Shown in pieces: positions 8,682 through 16,845 of a stretch of DNA of 19,631 nt. Every line of letters starts with the position of its first letter. Position 1 is the stretch's first letter. Under the pieces are notes generated by a model that was not told the origin of the DNA, searched no databases, and saw nothing but the letters and a program-made list of their open reading frames with translations. Source of the stretch: a virus. Taxonomy: Duplodnaviria; Heunggongvirae; Uroviricota; Caudoviricetes. The translations under genes were made by a program, and so were the position numbers. The DNA lies in IMG/VR virus record IMGVR_UViG_2541047837_000004; one strand, given 5' to 3'.

Positions 8682-9110
8682 TCAGGGTTTAAAATCCAGC
8701 ACCCCATTTTGAAATACTTTATATACTTCCGGCGAAGGGGGGGCAGGTATATCAGCATTCTTTATCGCATTCATCGCTTCACGACATAAATCGAGGTCTC
8801 CACTTTCTCTTTTAACCTCCAGTAGAAGGCCATTCGGGGCCATATGCATTCTCAGTGTACACTCTTTTCCTGAATACTTACTCGCATCCCCGAACTGTTT
8901 TTCGATGGCGCTCTTGATTTGATGGGCATACAGACGGATATCCTCACTAACATCAGAAGTACGTTCAGATGAACTCACATACTGTGTCTCTATTGCTTTA
9001 TCGGAGTAATATGATGTACGGTCATGATAATTTGTCGATACAGCATCAGTGCACCCGATAATAATCCCACTAATAATCAACGTAAGAATTGATGCGCTAC
9101 GAAAACCCAT
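8682..9110 (-). CDS. lipoprotein with TolA domain III-like C-terminal domain
   Basis: Signal peptide with lipobox IIGC and Thr at +2. C-terminal 80 aa (QIKSAIEKQFGDASKYSGKECTLRMHMAPNGLLLEVKRESGDLDLCREAMNAIKNADIPAPPSPEVYKVFQNGVLDFKP) align residue for residue with recalled E. coli TolA C-terminus (...GKTCTLRIKLAPDGMLLDIKPEGGDPALCQAA...PPSQAVYEVFKNAPLDFKP). Confidence 0.75.
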   Translation of the reverse strand: MGFRSASILTLIISGIIIGCTDAVSTNYHDRTSYYSDKAIETQYVSSSERTSDVSEDIRLYAHQIKSAIEKQFGDASKYSGKECTLRMHMAPNGLLLEVKRESGDLDLCREAMNAIKNADIPAPPSPEVYKVFQNGVLDFKP

Positions 9111-9139
9111 TTTTCCTCACATATGTCATATAGTAAAGG

Positions 9140-9169
9140 ATTATATATACCGTTGTTTTGGACGCTCAA
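9140..9169 (-). promoter_or_regulatory. sigma70-like promoter for lipoprotein gene 2
   Basis: Minus strand reads TTGAGC, 18-nt spacer, TATAAT, about 25 nt upstream of the ATG at 9110, which has a GAGGAAAA Shine-Dalgarno. Confidence 0.35.
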
Positions 9170-9698
9170 ACAGCGAATCAGATCAAATAAAACGCACATT
9201 TGTTAACATTTACACAAAGTCTGCGTGGGATATTCTGAAAGAATATCCATAATGTGGAGAGAATCTATTGAAGTGCATGGTGCCGGGTGCCTCCCGGTGA
9301 ACAAAATGTTCGTGATACCTGTCGGCGACAGAAAAGGTTAATGGTATCACCCCACCGCACAGGGGGATTCACCATGCAGGAGTTTTCTTAGCAAACTCAC
9401 TGCGCGCCCGGCAACTCCCAACCACATAAAATGCGGAGTTTGTGGCATTTATGCATATAACTAGCAGGAATTATCTTAAAAAACTGATGTCGATCCGGAT
9501 TAAAAAGAAGCAGGTCATCATCAGATGACTGGAAAAAAGGAAAACAAAAAATACTCATCATACAGTTTTGATTGCAGGGATGAGCCTGCTATGCACAATA
9601 TGCAGAATATAAGCAAGATAAAAATATGCAGGCATATTATTTCGGATTTTGTTATTAACACAACCTTTTTAATAATCATTTGGCATACAATAAACCAG

Positions 9699-9727
9699 CC
9701 CAAAAAGAACCGCCTAAACAGGCGGTT
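9699..9727 (-). terminator. intrinsic terminator (second of a tandem pair)
   Basis: Stem AACCGCC-taaaca-GGCGGTT at 9708-9727, followed on the minus strand by CUUUUUGGG. Confidence 0.45.
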
Positions 9728-10047
9728 GGTCAATACAAAGGATGCTTCGTCTTTATTATAGTAATCTGAGGCGTCGGGTGTCTTGTATCAGACAACATAT
9801 TGTCCCGCTAAACAGCGAATTACAAACCACCCTGCAATGATCTCTCATCTCATTTTATATGAGTTGACGACATCAGGATAACGCATCATCAGCCCCTGCC
9901 AAGAAATATCAAAACTCCCGCCAGCAATGTGTTATCACAATATTGTAAAAAAAACACAGCACCGAAACTATAACTGGTCTCTGTTATAATTTGGAGCAGA
10001 AAGACCAGTTGCCCAATTAGCAGCATTCTCCCCTGCTTTCCTGACGT

Positions 10048-10075
10048 AAAAAAACCGCATTAAGCGGTTTTTTTA
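10048..10075. terminator. bidirectional intrinsic terminator
   Basis: AAAAAAACCGC-attaa-GCGGTTTTTTT: GC stem flanked by an A-run and a T-run, so it is functional on either strand. It lies about 80 nt downstream of the 153-aa ORF stop on the minus strand. Confidence 0.6.
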
Positions 10076-10154
10076 CGATGTCCATGTCTGCAATCCGCCT
10101 CGCGATACAGCTTTGCGAAGCATAGCAAAATTGAAGCAGTTTATACGTAAGAAA

Positions 10155-10616
10155 TCAAGCCATTTTCTCAGCGAATGATTCTCGCATGGGAATGTATAGC
10201 GCATACTCAGCAACGGCCAACCAATTAGCAATTCGCTTTTCGCATGTGCTAAAACACCACTCTGGGTGTGCATCATTTAGCAATTCAGCCATTTTGCGTT
10301 TGGTCATCCCCCGCCCCTCATACCGTTGCCGAAGGACGCTAATCAATCCTGGATGCTCTGCCAGCACCTCACTTATGACCCGATCAATACATAACGCCTC
10401 TGCATCAGTACAATGCGCCAGCCAGCTCTTTTGCTTACCGTTAATCATATCCCGCAAAAAAGCCTCAAGTTCAGACTTGTTCAGACCTGCTTTTTTCATC
10501 CTCCGGAGCGCCTCGTTAATTGCCGTTTTTGTCAGCTTTTTAGAGGCCAACAACTGGTTGAACATATTCCCCGTCTTTCCGGTAAACGGCTTGGACTGCA
10601 TCATCATGCGCATCAA
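10155..10616 (-). CDS. hypothetical protein, candidate late-gene regulator (Q-like by position only)
   Basis: Last ORF of the leftward early operon, directly upstream of the tandem terminators and the lysis region. Four Cys (C-x6-C, C-x4-C). Start is uncertain: Met codons at 10616, 10601 and 10565, the last with a purine-rich Shine-Dalgarno. Overlaps ydaT by 26-77 nt. Confidence 0.45.
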   Translation of the reverse strand: MMRMMMQSKPFTGKTGNMFNQLLASKKLTKTAINEALRRMKKAGLNKSELEAFLRDMINGKQKSWLAHCTDAEALCIDRVISEVLAEHPGLISVLRQRYEGRGMTKRKMAELLNDAHPEWCFSTCEKRIANWLAVAEYALYIPMRESFAEKMA

Positions 10617-10947
10617 TTGCCGTACTTAACGCTTCCTGCGCCGCCAGTAATGCACGGCGTTCCAGGGTATCGAAGATGCAGAGTCGGTGACGCAGCTCGC
10701 GCGGAAGGATTGCCAGAATTGCTGGGATCAGCTTCTGAATTTTTTCTCTTTGCGTTTTCGTTTCACCTTTCAACCAACGGTGATAGATATTCTGCTGATT
10801 GTTCCAGTCCTTGCCTGGAACCAGGGGCAATTCGCCGCCCCCCTGGCGCAGATATTCTTCAGTAATTGCATTGGCTACCCATGCCTGCCCTTTTTCGGCT
10901 GCTAGGGCAAACAACACTGATTCGATGTGCTCATGCTTGATTTTCAT
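10540..10947 (-). CDS. ydaT: Rac prophage protein YdaT
   Basis: MKIKHEHIESVLFALAAEKGQAWVANAITEEYLRQ... matches recalled Rac YdaT; immediately downstream of ydaS. Confidence 0.8.
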   Translation of the reverse strand: MKIKHEHIESVLFALAAEKGQAWVANAITEEYLRQGGGELPLVPGKDWNNQQNIYHRWLKGETKTQREKIQKLIPAILAILPRELRHRLCIFDTLERRALLAAQEALSTAIDAHDDAVQAVYRKDGEYVQPVVGL

Positions 10948-10969
10948 GAATCATTTGCCTCTTGATGTT

Positions 10970-11266
10970 TCAGGTATGATCAAATGAGGATTTGTTACTG
11001 TCATTTAGTTGCTTCACTGACATATTCTGCGAACAACATGCCGAACGTCGTAAATATGACCAGTCAATATCAGGACGAAGTTCTTCGCACAGAACCTCAC
11101 CTCTTGTTGCACGTTCAATTGCTGGACATCTCTCGGCAGGCAATTGACGTACCCCTTTGATCCATTGATTTACGCTTGGAGGTGATACACCTAAAAGCCT
11201 AGCCATTGCTGATTGCCCACCGACAACAGCACAAGCTTGCTTGAATGAATAGTTCTCATTTTTCAT
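10970..11266 (-). CDS. ydaS: Cro-like HTH regulator YdaS
   Basis: 98 aa, MKNENYSFKQACAVVGGQSAMARLLGVSPPSVNQWIKG (HTH); diverges from racR; TGGAG Shine-Dalgarno. Confidence 0.85.
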   Translation of the reverse strand: MKNENYSFKQACAVVGGQSAMARLLGVSPPSVNQWIKGVRQLPAERCPAIERATRGEVLCEELRPDIDWSYLRRSACCSQNMSVKQLNDSNKSSFDHT

Positions 11267-11292
11267 CGAATGAACTCCAAAAACACACAGAA

Positions 11293-11322
11293 ATATTAGG
11301 CGACGCCTAACGCAATTGTCAA
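11293..11322 (-). promoter_or_regulatory. PR-like promoter with palindromic operator (drives ydaS-ydaT)
   Basis: Minus strand reads TTGACA (11322-11317), 18-nt spacer, TAATAT (11298-11293). Perfect 15-bp palindrome TTAGGCGaCGCCTAA at 11296-11310 overlaps the spacer and -10. Confidence 0.4.
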
Positions 11323-11389
11323 TAGGCTGTGCCTAATGCGGTAAGGGTAGGGATTGCCTAATGTAATGCGCATAGGAGAATATTAAGCA

Positions 11390-11866
11390 ATGCTTAGTGG
11401 TAAAGACTTAGGCCGAGCGATAGAGCAGGCCATTAACAAAAAAATCGCATCGGGATCCGTCAAATCAAAGGCGGAGGTCGCACGCCACTTCAAAGTCCAA
11501 CCACCATCAATTTATGACTGGATTAAGAAAGGCTCTATAAGTAAAGATAAACTTCCAGAATTATGGCGTTTCTTTTCTGATGTTGTTGGTCCAGAGCATT
11601 GGGGGCTTAACGAATACCCCATACCAACCCCCACCAATTCAGATACAAAAAGTGAACTTTTAGATATAAACAACCTTTATCAAGCAGCCTCTGATGAAAT
11701 AAGAGCGATTGTAGCTTTCCTGTTATCTGGAAATGCTACAGAACCAGATTGGGTTGACCACGATGTTCGCGCCTACATAGCAGCGATGGAAATGAAAGTG
11801 GGTAAGTATCTGAAAGCTCTAGAATCTGAACGGAAAAGCCAGAACATCACAAAAACTGGAACTTAA
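11390..11866 (+). CDS. racR: Rac prophage repressor RacR
   Basis: 158 aa, MLSGKDLGRAIEQAINKKIASGSVKSKAEVARHFKVQPPSIYDWIKKG (HTH); AGGAG Shine-Dalgarno 10 nt upstream; divergent from ydaS. Confidence 0.9.
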   Translation: MLSGKDLGRAIEQAINKKIASGSVKSKAEVARHFKVQPPSIYDWIKKGSISKDKLPELWRFFSDVVGPEHWGLNEYPIPTPTNSDTKSELLDINNLYQAASDEIRAIVAFLLSGNATEPDWVDHDVRAYIAAMEMKVGKYLKALESERKSQNITKTGT

Positions 11867-11976
11867 ACTTATATGGTCTGACGGAAAACTCCTGGATTCC
11901 GTTATTTAACCCCCCCATCACTTTCTGCTGTCGCCATCACCTATTAGGTTACGCTCAAAACATTAGGCATAGCCTA

Positions 11977-12005
11977 TTGACAATCAATTAGGCATTACCT
12001 ATAGT
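11977..12005 (+). promoter_or_regulatory. PL-like promoter with operator-like motif (drives ydaG onward)
   Basis: TTGACA (11977-11982), 17-nt spacer containing ATTAGGCAT, TATAGT (12000-12005). It sits in a 24-bp element that is the inverted repeat, with one mismatch, of 11314-11337. Confidence 0.4.
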
Positions 12006-12174
12006 TCCAGCATACCACCCACCCCGCCCCACAGAACGCCGGGCAATACTTCGAGTTACCAGGCAGTGGTAAGGGGTTAAGTAGCCAGCCCGAGGCGTAT
12101 GAACATGACGGCGGGATTCAAATTTTGCAGTGCAGCAGTTAGTTCCGCCACCCGGCGTTAAGGGGAGAGATAAG

Positions 12175-12309
12175 ATGGTGCATTACGAAGTAGTTCAGTA
12201 TTTGATGGATTGTTGCGGTATCACTTACAACCAGGCTGTGCAGGCTTTACGCAGCAACGACTGGGATCTCTGGCAGGCAGAAGTCGCTATACGTAGCAAC
12301 AAGATGTGA
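12175..12309 (+). CDS. ydaG: small Rac protein YdaG (44 aa)
   Basis: ORF MVHYEVVQYLMDCCGITYNQAVQALRSNDWDLWQAEVAIRSNKM with GGGGAGAG Shine-Dalgarno; too short for the ORF track; matches recalled YdaG. Confidence 0.55.
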   Translation: MVHYEVVQYLMDCCGITYNQAVQALRSNDWDLWQAEVAIRSNKM

Positions 12310-12319
12310 GATTCGCAAA

Positions 12320-12475
12320 ATGCAAAAAATCGACCTCGGCAACAACGAATCCCTGGTGTGCGGCGTGTTCCCCAACCAGGATGGAACGTTCACTGCCATG
12401 ACGTATACCAAAAGCAAAACATTTAAAACCGAAACTGGTGCGCGCCGATGGTTGGAGAAGCACACAGTAAGCTAA
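12320..12475 (+). CDS. ydaF: small Rac protein YdaF (51 aa)
   Basis: ORF MQKIDLGNNESLVCGVFPNQDGTFTAMTYTKSKTFKTETGARRWLEKHTVS; stop is convergent with the sieB stop. Confidence 0.55.
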   Translation: MQKIDLGNNESLVCGVFPNQDGTFTAMTYTKSKTFKTETGARRWLEKHTVS

Positions 12476-12960
12476 CGATTAAAACGTCTACTCCTGCTGT
12501 TCCAGAATAACTTCATAAAATGGGAGTATTTTTCGGTGACGAGATAATAAGAACAGTTTGCGCTATCACTCTGATGTTGAATGATGCCCTTCCGTTCTAA
12601 TTTTTTCATAACCGGGTTACGGCAAGGAGAAGTGATAATAAGATTTCCTGTTTTAAGGAAATCTTTAAATACAGCGATTTCTTTCTCAGATAAACGAAGC
12701 AATACTCGTTGCTCTGGTAGTAATGAATAATGCTTTTGAATATGTGCTCGCAATCTTGAGAAGGAAATGGCGACCACGAAAGAAAAGGCAAAAACGATAA
12801 TCTGAAAGAGCCAAGGTATTTCAGTATAAGCATTGAATGCGACAGTAAACTCTTTCGGTATCAGCCAGAGAGTGAGACCAAAAATGATAATCGTATACAT
12901 AAGTCTTTCGAGTGGCTCGTTAGCAAAAAGTTTCAACAATGGAGTAAATACATCCAACAT
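12472..12960 (-). CDS. sieB: superinfection exclusion protein SieB
   Basis: 162 aa from MLDVFTPLLKLFANEPLERLMYTIIIFGLTLWLIPKEF, with an N-terminal membrane segment. The ORF track extends it upstream to 13083, but the recalled SieB starts at this internal Met. Confidence 0.85.
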   Translation of the reverse strand: MLDVFTPLLKLFANEPLERLMYTIIIFGLTLWLIPKEFTVAFNAYTEIPWLFQIIVFAFSFVVAISFSRLRAHIQKHYSLLPEQRVLLRLSEKEIAVFKDFLKTGNLIITSPCRNPVMKKLERKGIIQHQSDSANCSYYLVTEKYSHFMKLFWNSRSRRFNR

Positions 12961-13401
12961 ATCAATAACTCTCAACTGTAAGGGTATTGAAATGTTAACA
13001 CAAGCTCTCGCTGTAGGGGTATAGCCGAGACCACCGAAGCCCGGAGGTGGTGAAATAAAACCGGGCACAACACGAAGGCGCATTTCCGATATCCATAAAG
13101 AGTCGGTCTTGTCTGTTAAATTTAAATGGTGGGAGTGCGCCTCCGGTTGTAAATAACGACATTGCTGTGTGTAGTCCTGGCGGCATCAGTTTTTTTCTTG
13201 AAGTTCGGCTGATGTCCGCCCTTTTTAAAGTGAATTTTGTGATGCGGTGAATGCGGCTAAGCGCACGTGGCACAGTTAAAAGTCATGTTAGTCCTTATTG
13301 GTTTGGGTGGGAAAGCCGACTGTAATTGTTAACTGGTTGCAGTCACCTGGAGGCACCAGACACCGCATCAACAAAGTTCATTTGTAAAAATGGAGATAAT
13401 T

Positions 13402-13623
13402 ATGATTGCACATCACTTCGGAACTGATGAAATACCACGTCAGTGTGTGACTCCTGGCGATTATGTTCTTCATGAAGGCCGGACATATATTGCCTCGGCA
13501 AACAATATTAAAAAGCGAAAACTATATATTCGTAACCTGACCACAAAAACATGCATTACTGACCGCATGATTAAAGTCTTCCTCGGTCGTGATGGTTTAC
13601 CTGTAAAGGCGGAGTCATGGTGA
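13402..13623 (+). CDS. kilR: cell division inhibitor KilR
   Basis: 73 aa [40 protein letters not shown]...; GGAG Shine-Dalgarno 5 nt upstream of ATG 13402. Confidence 0.85.
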   Translation: MIAHHFGTDEIPRQCVTPGDYVLHEGRTYIASANNIKKRKLYIRNLTTKTCITDRMIKVFLGRDGLPVKAESW

Positions 13624-13793
13624 TGACTAAGAAAATAAAATGTGCTTACCACCTTTGCAAAAAAGACGTTGAAGAAAGCAAAGCTATTGAAAGAATGCTT
13701 CACTTCATGCACGGGATTTTATCAAAAGACGAACCGAGAAAATATTGCAGTGAAGCTTGTGCCGAAAAAGACCAGATGGCACATGAACTTTAA
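13623..13793 (+). CDS. ydaE: small Cys-rich Rac protein YdaE (56 aa)
   Basis: [59 protein letters not shown]; its ATG overlaps the kilR stop. Confidence 0.6.
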   Translation: MTKKIKCAYHLCKKDVEESKAIERMLHFMHGILSKDEPRKYCSEACAEKDQMAHEL

Positions 13794-13867
13794 TTAATTG
13801 ACTATTCGAAACTGAATTTATGCCAGAAATGGCAGGTATTCGCTCAACCTTAATTAAGGAGAAAAAC

Positions 13868-14143
13868 ATGATTACCAATTATGAAGCCACTGTTGTAACT
13901 ACCGATGACATTGTTCACGAGGTGAATCTGGAAGGAAAGCGCATTGGCTACGTAATTAAAACAGAAAATAAAGAAACCCCATTCACTGTGGTTGATATCG
14001 ATGGTCCATCAGGCAACGTAAAAACACTTGATGAAGGTGTCAAAAAAATGTGCCTGGTGCATATCGGAAAGAATCTGCCCGCAGAAAAAAAAGCCGAATT
14101 TCTGGCAACTCTAATTGCAATGAAATTAAAAGGTGAAATCTGA
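13868..14143 (+). CDS. racC: Rac prophage protein RacC
   Basis: 91 aa from MITNYEATVVTTDDIVHEVNLEGKR; AGGAG Shine-Dalgarno upstream. Confidence 0.8.
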   Translation: MITNYEATVVTTDDIVHEVNLEGKRIGYVIKTENKETPFTVVDIDGPSGNVKTLDEGVKKMCLVHIGKNLPAEKKAEFLATLIAMKLKGEI

Positions 14144-14148
14144 AAGAA

Positions 14149-14173
14149 ATAGCCTGCGTATGGCGCAGGCTAT
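14149..14173. other. GC-rich hairpin between racC and recE
   Basis: Perfect 10-bp inverted repeat ATAGCCTGCG-tatgg-CGCAGGCTAT beginning 6 nt after the racC stop. Confidence 0.4.
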
Positions 14174-14244
14174 GAACAGTGTGTATCCGGCAAGATCATT
14201 CACTGAACAAAACGAATTTTAATCTGAGTTGAGGTTAAAAAACA

Positions 14245-16845
14245 ATGAGCACAAAACCACTCTTCCTGTTACGGAAAGCGAAAAAATCATCCGGTGAACC
14301 TGACGTCGTCCTGTGGGCAAGCAACGATTTTGAATCGACCTGTGCCACTCTGGACTACCTGATCGTTAAGTCAGGTAAAAAACTGAGCAGCTATTTTAAA
14401 GCTGTTGCCACGAATTTTCCTGTCGTTAATGACCTGCCCGCTGAAGGTGAGATCGATTTTACCTGAAGTGAACGCTATCAACTCAGCAAAGACTCCATGA
14501 CATGGGAACTAAAACCGGGAGCAGCACCAGACAACGCTCACTATCAAGGCAATACCAACGTCAACGGCGAAGACATGACTGAGATTGAGGAGAATATGCT
14601 ACTCCCAATTTCTGGCCAGGAACTGCCCATTCGTTGGCTTGCTCAACACGGCAGCGAAAAACCGGTAACGCACGTTTCACGCGACGGACTCCAGGCATTA
14701 CACATTGCTCGGGCTGAAGAACTACCGGCTGTTACTGCCCTGGCTGTTTCCCACAAAACCAGCCTGCTCGACCCGCTGGAAATTCGCGAACTCCACAAAC
14801 TGGTTCGTGACACTGACAAAGTTTTCCCTAATCCTGGTAATTCAAACCTGGGACTGATAACTGCTTTTTTCGAAGCATACCTGAACGCTGACTACACCGA
14901 TCGAGGACTGCTGACAAAAGAGTGGATGAAGGGTAATCGTGTTTCACACATCACTCGCACGGCTTCCGGTGCTAATGCTGGCGGCGGAAACCTCACCGAT
15001 CGCGGCGAAGGTTTCGTACACGATCTGACGTCACTGGCGCGCGACGTAGCCACTGGCGTACTGGCCCGTTCAATGGATCTGGACATCTATAACCTTCATC
15101 CGGCACACGCTAAACGCATTGAGGAAATTATCGCTGAAAATAAACCGCCCTTTTCTGTTTTCCGCGACAAATTCATCACCATGCCTGGCGGGCTGGATTA
15201 TTCCCGCGCCATCGTGGTTGCGTCCGTAAAAGAAGCACCAATTGGGATCGAGGTCATCCCCGCGCACGTCACTGAATATCTGAACAAAGTACTGACTGAA
15301 ACCGATCATGCCAACCCTGATCCGGAAATCGTGGATATTGCCTGCGGTCGCTCCTCTGCCCCGATGCCGCAGCGAGTAACAGAAGAAGGAAAACAGGATG
15401 ATGAAGAAAAACCGCAACCATCTGGAACAACGGCAGTTGAACAGGGAGAGGCTGAAACAATGGAACCGGACGCAACTGAACATCATCAGGACACGCAGCC
15501 GCTGGATGCTCAGTCACAGGTAAATTCTGTTGATGCGAAATATCAGGAACTGCGGGCAGAACTCCATGAAGCCCGGAAAAACATTCCATCAAAAAATCCT
15601 GTCGATGCCGATAAATTGCTTGCTGCATCACGTGGTGAATTTGTTGACGGAATTAGCGACCCGAACGATCCGAAATGGGTAAAGGGGATCCAGACTCGCG
15701 ATTGTGTGTACCAGAACCAGCCAGAAACGGAAAAAACCAGCCCAGATATGAATCAACCTGAGCCAGTAGTGCAACAGGAACCGGAAATAGCCTGCAATGC
15801 CTGCGGCCAGACTGGCGGGGATAACTGCCCTGACTGTGGTGCGGTGATGGGCGACGCAACATACCAGGAAACATTCGATGAAGAGAGTCAGGTTGAAGCT
15901 AAGGAAAATGATCCGGAGGAAATGGAAGGCGCTGAACATCCGCACAATGAGAATGCTGGCAGCGATCCGCATCGCGATTGCAGTGATGAAACTGGCGAAG
16001 TCGCAGATCCCGTAATCGTAGAAGACATAGAGCCAGGTATTTATTACGGAATTTCGAATGAGAATTACCACGCGGGTCCCGGTATCAGTAAGTCTCAGCT
16101 CGATGACATTGCTGATACTCCGGCACTATATTTGTGGCGTAAAAATGCCCCCGTGGACACCACAAAGACAAAAACGCTCGATTTAGGAACTGCTTTCCAC
16201 TGCCGGGTACTTGAACCGGAAGAATTCAGTAACCGCTTTATCGTAGCACCTGAATTTAACCGCCGTACAAACGCCGGAAAAGAAGAAGAGAAAGCGTTTC
16301 TGATGGAATGCGCAAGCACAGGAAAAACGGTTATCACTGCGGAAGAAGGCCGGAAAATTGAACTCATGTATCAAAGCGTTATGGCTTTGCCGCTGGGGCA
16401 ATGGCTTGTTGAAAGCGCCGGACACGCTGAATCATCAATTTACTGGGAAGATCCTGAAACAGGAATTTTGTGTCGGTGCCGTCCGGACAAAATTATCCCT
16501 GAATTTCACTGGATCATGGACGTGAAAACTACGGCGGATATTCAACGATTCAAAACCGCTTATTACGACTACCGCTATCACGTTCAGGATGCATTCTACA
16601 GTGACGGTTATGAAGCACAGTTTGGAGTGCAGCCAACTTTCGTTTTTCTGGTTGCCAGCACAACTATTGAATGCGGACGTTATCCGGTTGAAATTTTCAT
16701 GATGGGCGAAGAAGCAAAACTGGCAGGTCAACAGGAATATCACCGCAATCTGCGAACCCTGTCTGACTGCCTGAATACCGATGAATGGCCAGCTATTAAG
16801 ACATTATCACTGCCCCGCTGGGCTAAGGAATATGCAAATGACTAA
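14245..16845 (+). pseudogene. recE: exodeoxyribonuclease VIII RecE, interrupted by in-frame TGA at 14464-14466 (codon 74)
   Basis: ORFs 14245-14466 and 14497-16845 are in the same frame with a single stop between them. The span is 867 codons, matching the 866-aa RecE length recalled for E. coli K-12. Confidence 0.8.
14497..16845 (+). CDS. recE: RecE C-terminal ORF (782 aa) retaining the exonuclease domain
   Basis: Longest intact ORF downstream of the nonsense codon. The C-terminal region ([22 protein letters not shown] ... DVKTT ...) is the nuclease domain. Stop overlaps the recT ATG. Confidence 0.6.
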   Translation: MTWELKPGAAPDNAHYQGNTNVNGEDMTEIEENMLLPISGQELPIRWLAQHGSEKPVTHVSRDGLQALHIARAEELPAVTALAVSHKTSLLDPLEIRELHKLVRDTDKVFPNPGNSNLGLITAFFEAYLNADYTDRGLLTKEWMKGNRVSHITRTASGANAGGGNLTDRGEGFVHDLTSLARDVATGVLARSMDLDIYNLHPAHAKRIEEIIAENKPPFSVFRDKFITMPGGLDYSRAIVVASVKEAPIGIEVIPAHVTEYLNKVLTETDHANPDPEIVDIACGRSSAPMPQRVTEEGKQDDEEKPQPSGTTAVEQGEAETMEPDATEHHQDTQPLDAQSQVNSVDAKYQELRAELHEARKNIPSKNPVDADKLLAASRGEFVDGISDPNDPKWVKGIQTRDCVYQNQPETEKTSPDMNQPEPVVQQEPEIACNACGQTGGDNCPDCGAVMGDATYQETFDEESQVEAKENDPEEMEGAEHPHNENAGSDPHRDCSDETGEVADPVIVEDIEPGIYYGISNENYHAGPGISKSQLDDIADTPALYLWRKNAPVDTTKTKTLDLGTAFHCRVLEPEEFSNRFIVAPEFNRRTNAGKEEEKAFLMECASTGKTVITAEEGRKIELMYQSVMALPLGQWLVESAGHAESSIYWEDPETGILCRCRPDKIIPEFHWIMDVKTTADIQRFKTAYYDYRYHVQDAFYSDGYEAQFGVQPTFVFLVASTTIECGRYPVEIFMMGEEAKLAGQQEYHRNLRTLSDCLNTDEWPAIKTLSLPRWAKEYAND

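Noticed and set aside
9250-9420. GC-richer stretch with short hairpins (CCGGG-tgcct-CCCGG) in otherwise AT-rich intergenic DNA, a possible small RNA
   Set aside because: No promoter or terminator pair and no conserved structure that I can verify by eye. It would need RNA-seq or covariance analysis.
9521-9761. Hydrophobic 70-aa minus ORF and 78-aa plus ORF in the AT-rich stretch near the second terminator
   Set aside because: AT-rich DNA readily yields hydrophobic or Lys-rich ORFs by chance; the two overlap each other and the terminator hairpin, with no clear Shine-Dalgarno. Not called, though a small membrane peptide cannot be excluded.
10186-10987. Plus-strand ORFs (10186-10629, 10413-10865, 10687-10905, 10799-10987) antisense to ydaT, ydaS and the 153-aa ORF
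   Set aside because: They are antisense to ORFs with recognisable family matches and operon logic; translations are Cys/Pro-rich and low complexity.
12247-12465. 72-aa minus-strand ORF antisense to ydaG/ydaF
   Set aside because: It is antisense to two small plus-strand ORFs that have Shine-Dalgarno sequences and fit the operon direction; no motifs.
12961-13273. N-terminal extension of sieB to 13083 and overlapping minus ORF 12995-13273
   Set aside because: The extension is proline/glycine-rich and lacks a Shine-Dalgarno. SieB as recalled starts at the internal Met (12960). The 92-aa ORF has no supporting features.
14892-16743. Minus-strand ORFs antisense to recE (14892-15086, 15070-15486, 15269-15631, 15628-16071, 15653-15874, 16095-16367, 16183-16425, 16435-16743)
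   Set aside because: All lie within the well-supported recE frame and have Cys/Phe-rich low-complexity translations typical of antisense reading.
16781-16837. Upstream in-frame ATG extending recT to 288 aa
   Set aside because: The extension lies inside recE. The start at 16838 gives MTKQPP, the expected 269-aa RecT, and the usual recE stop/recT start overlap.
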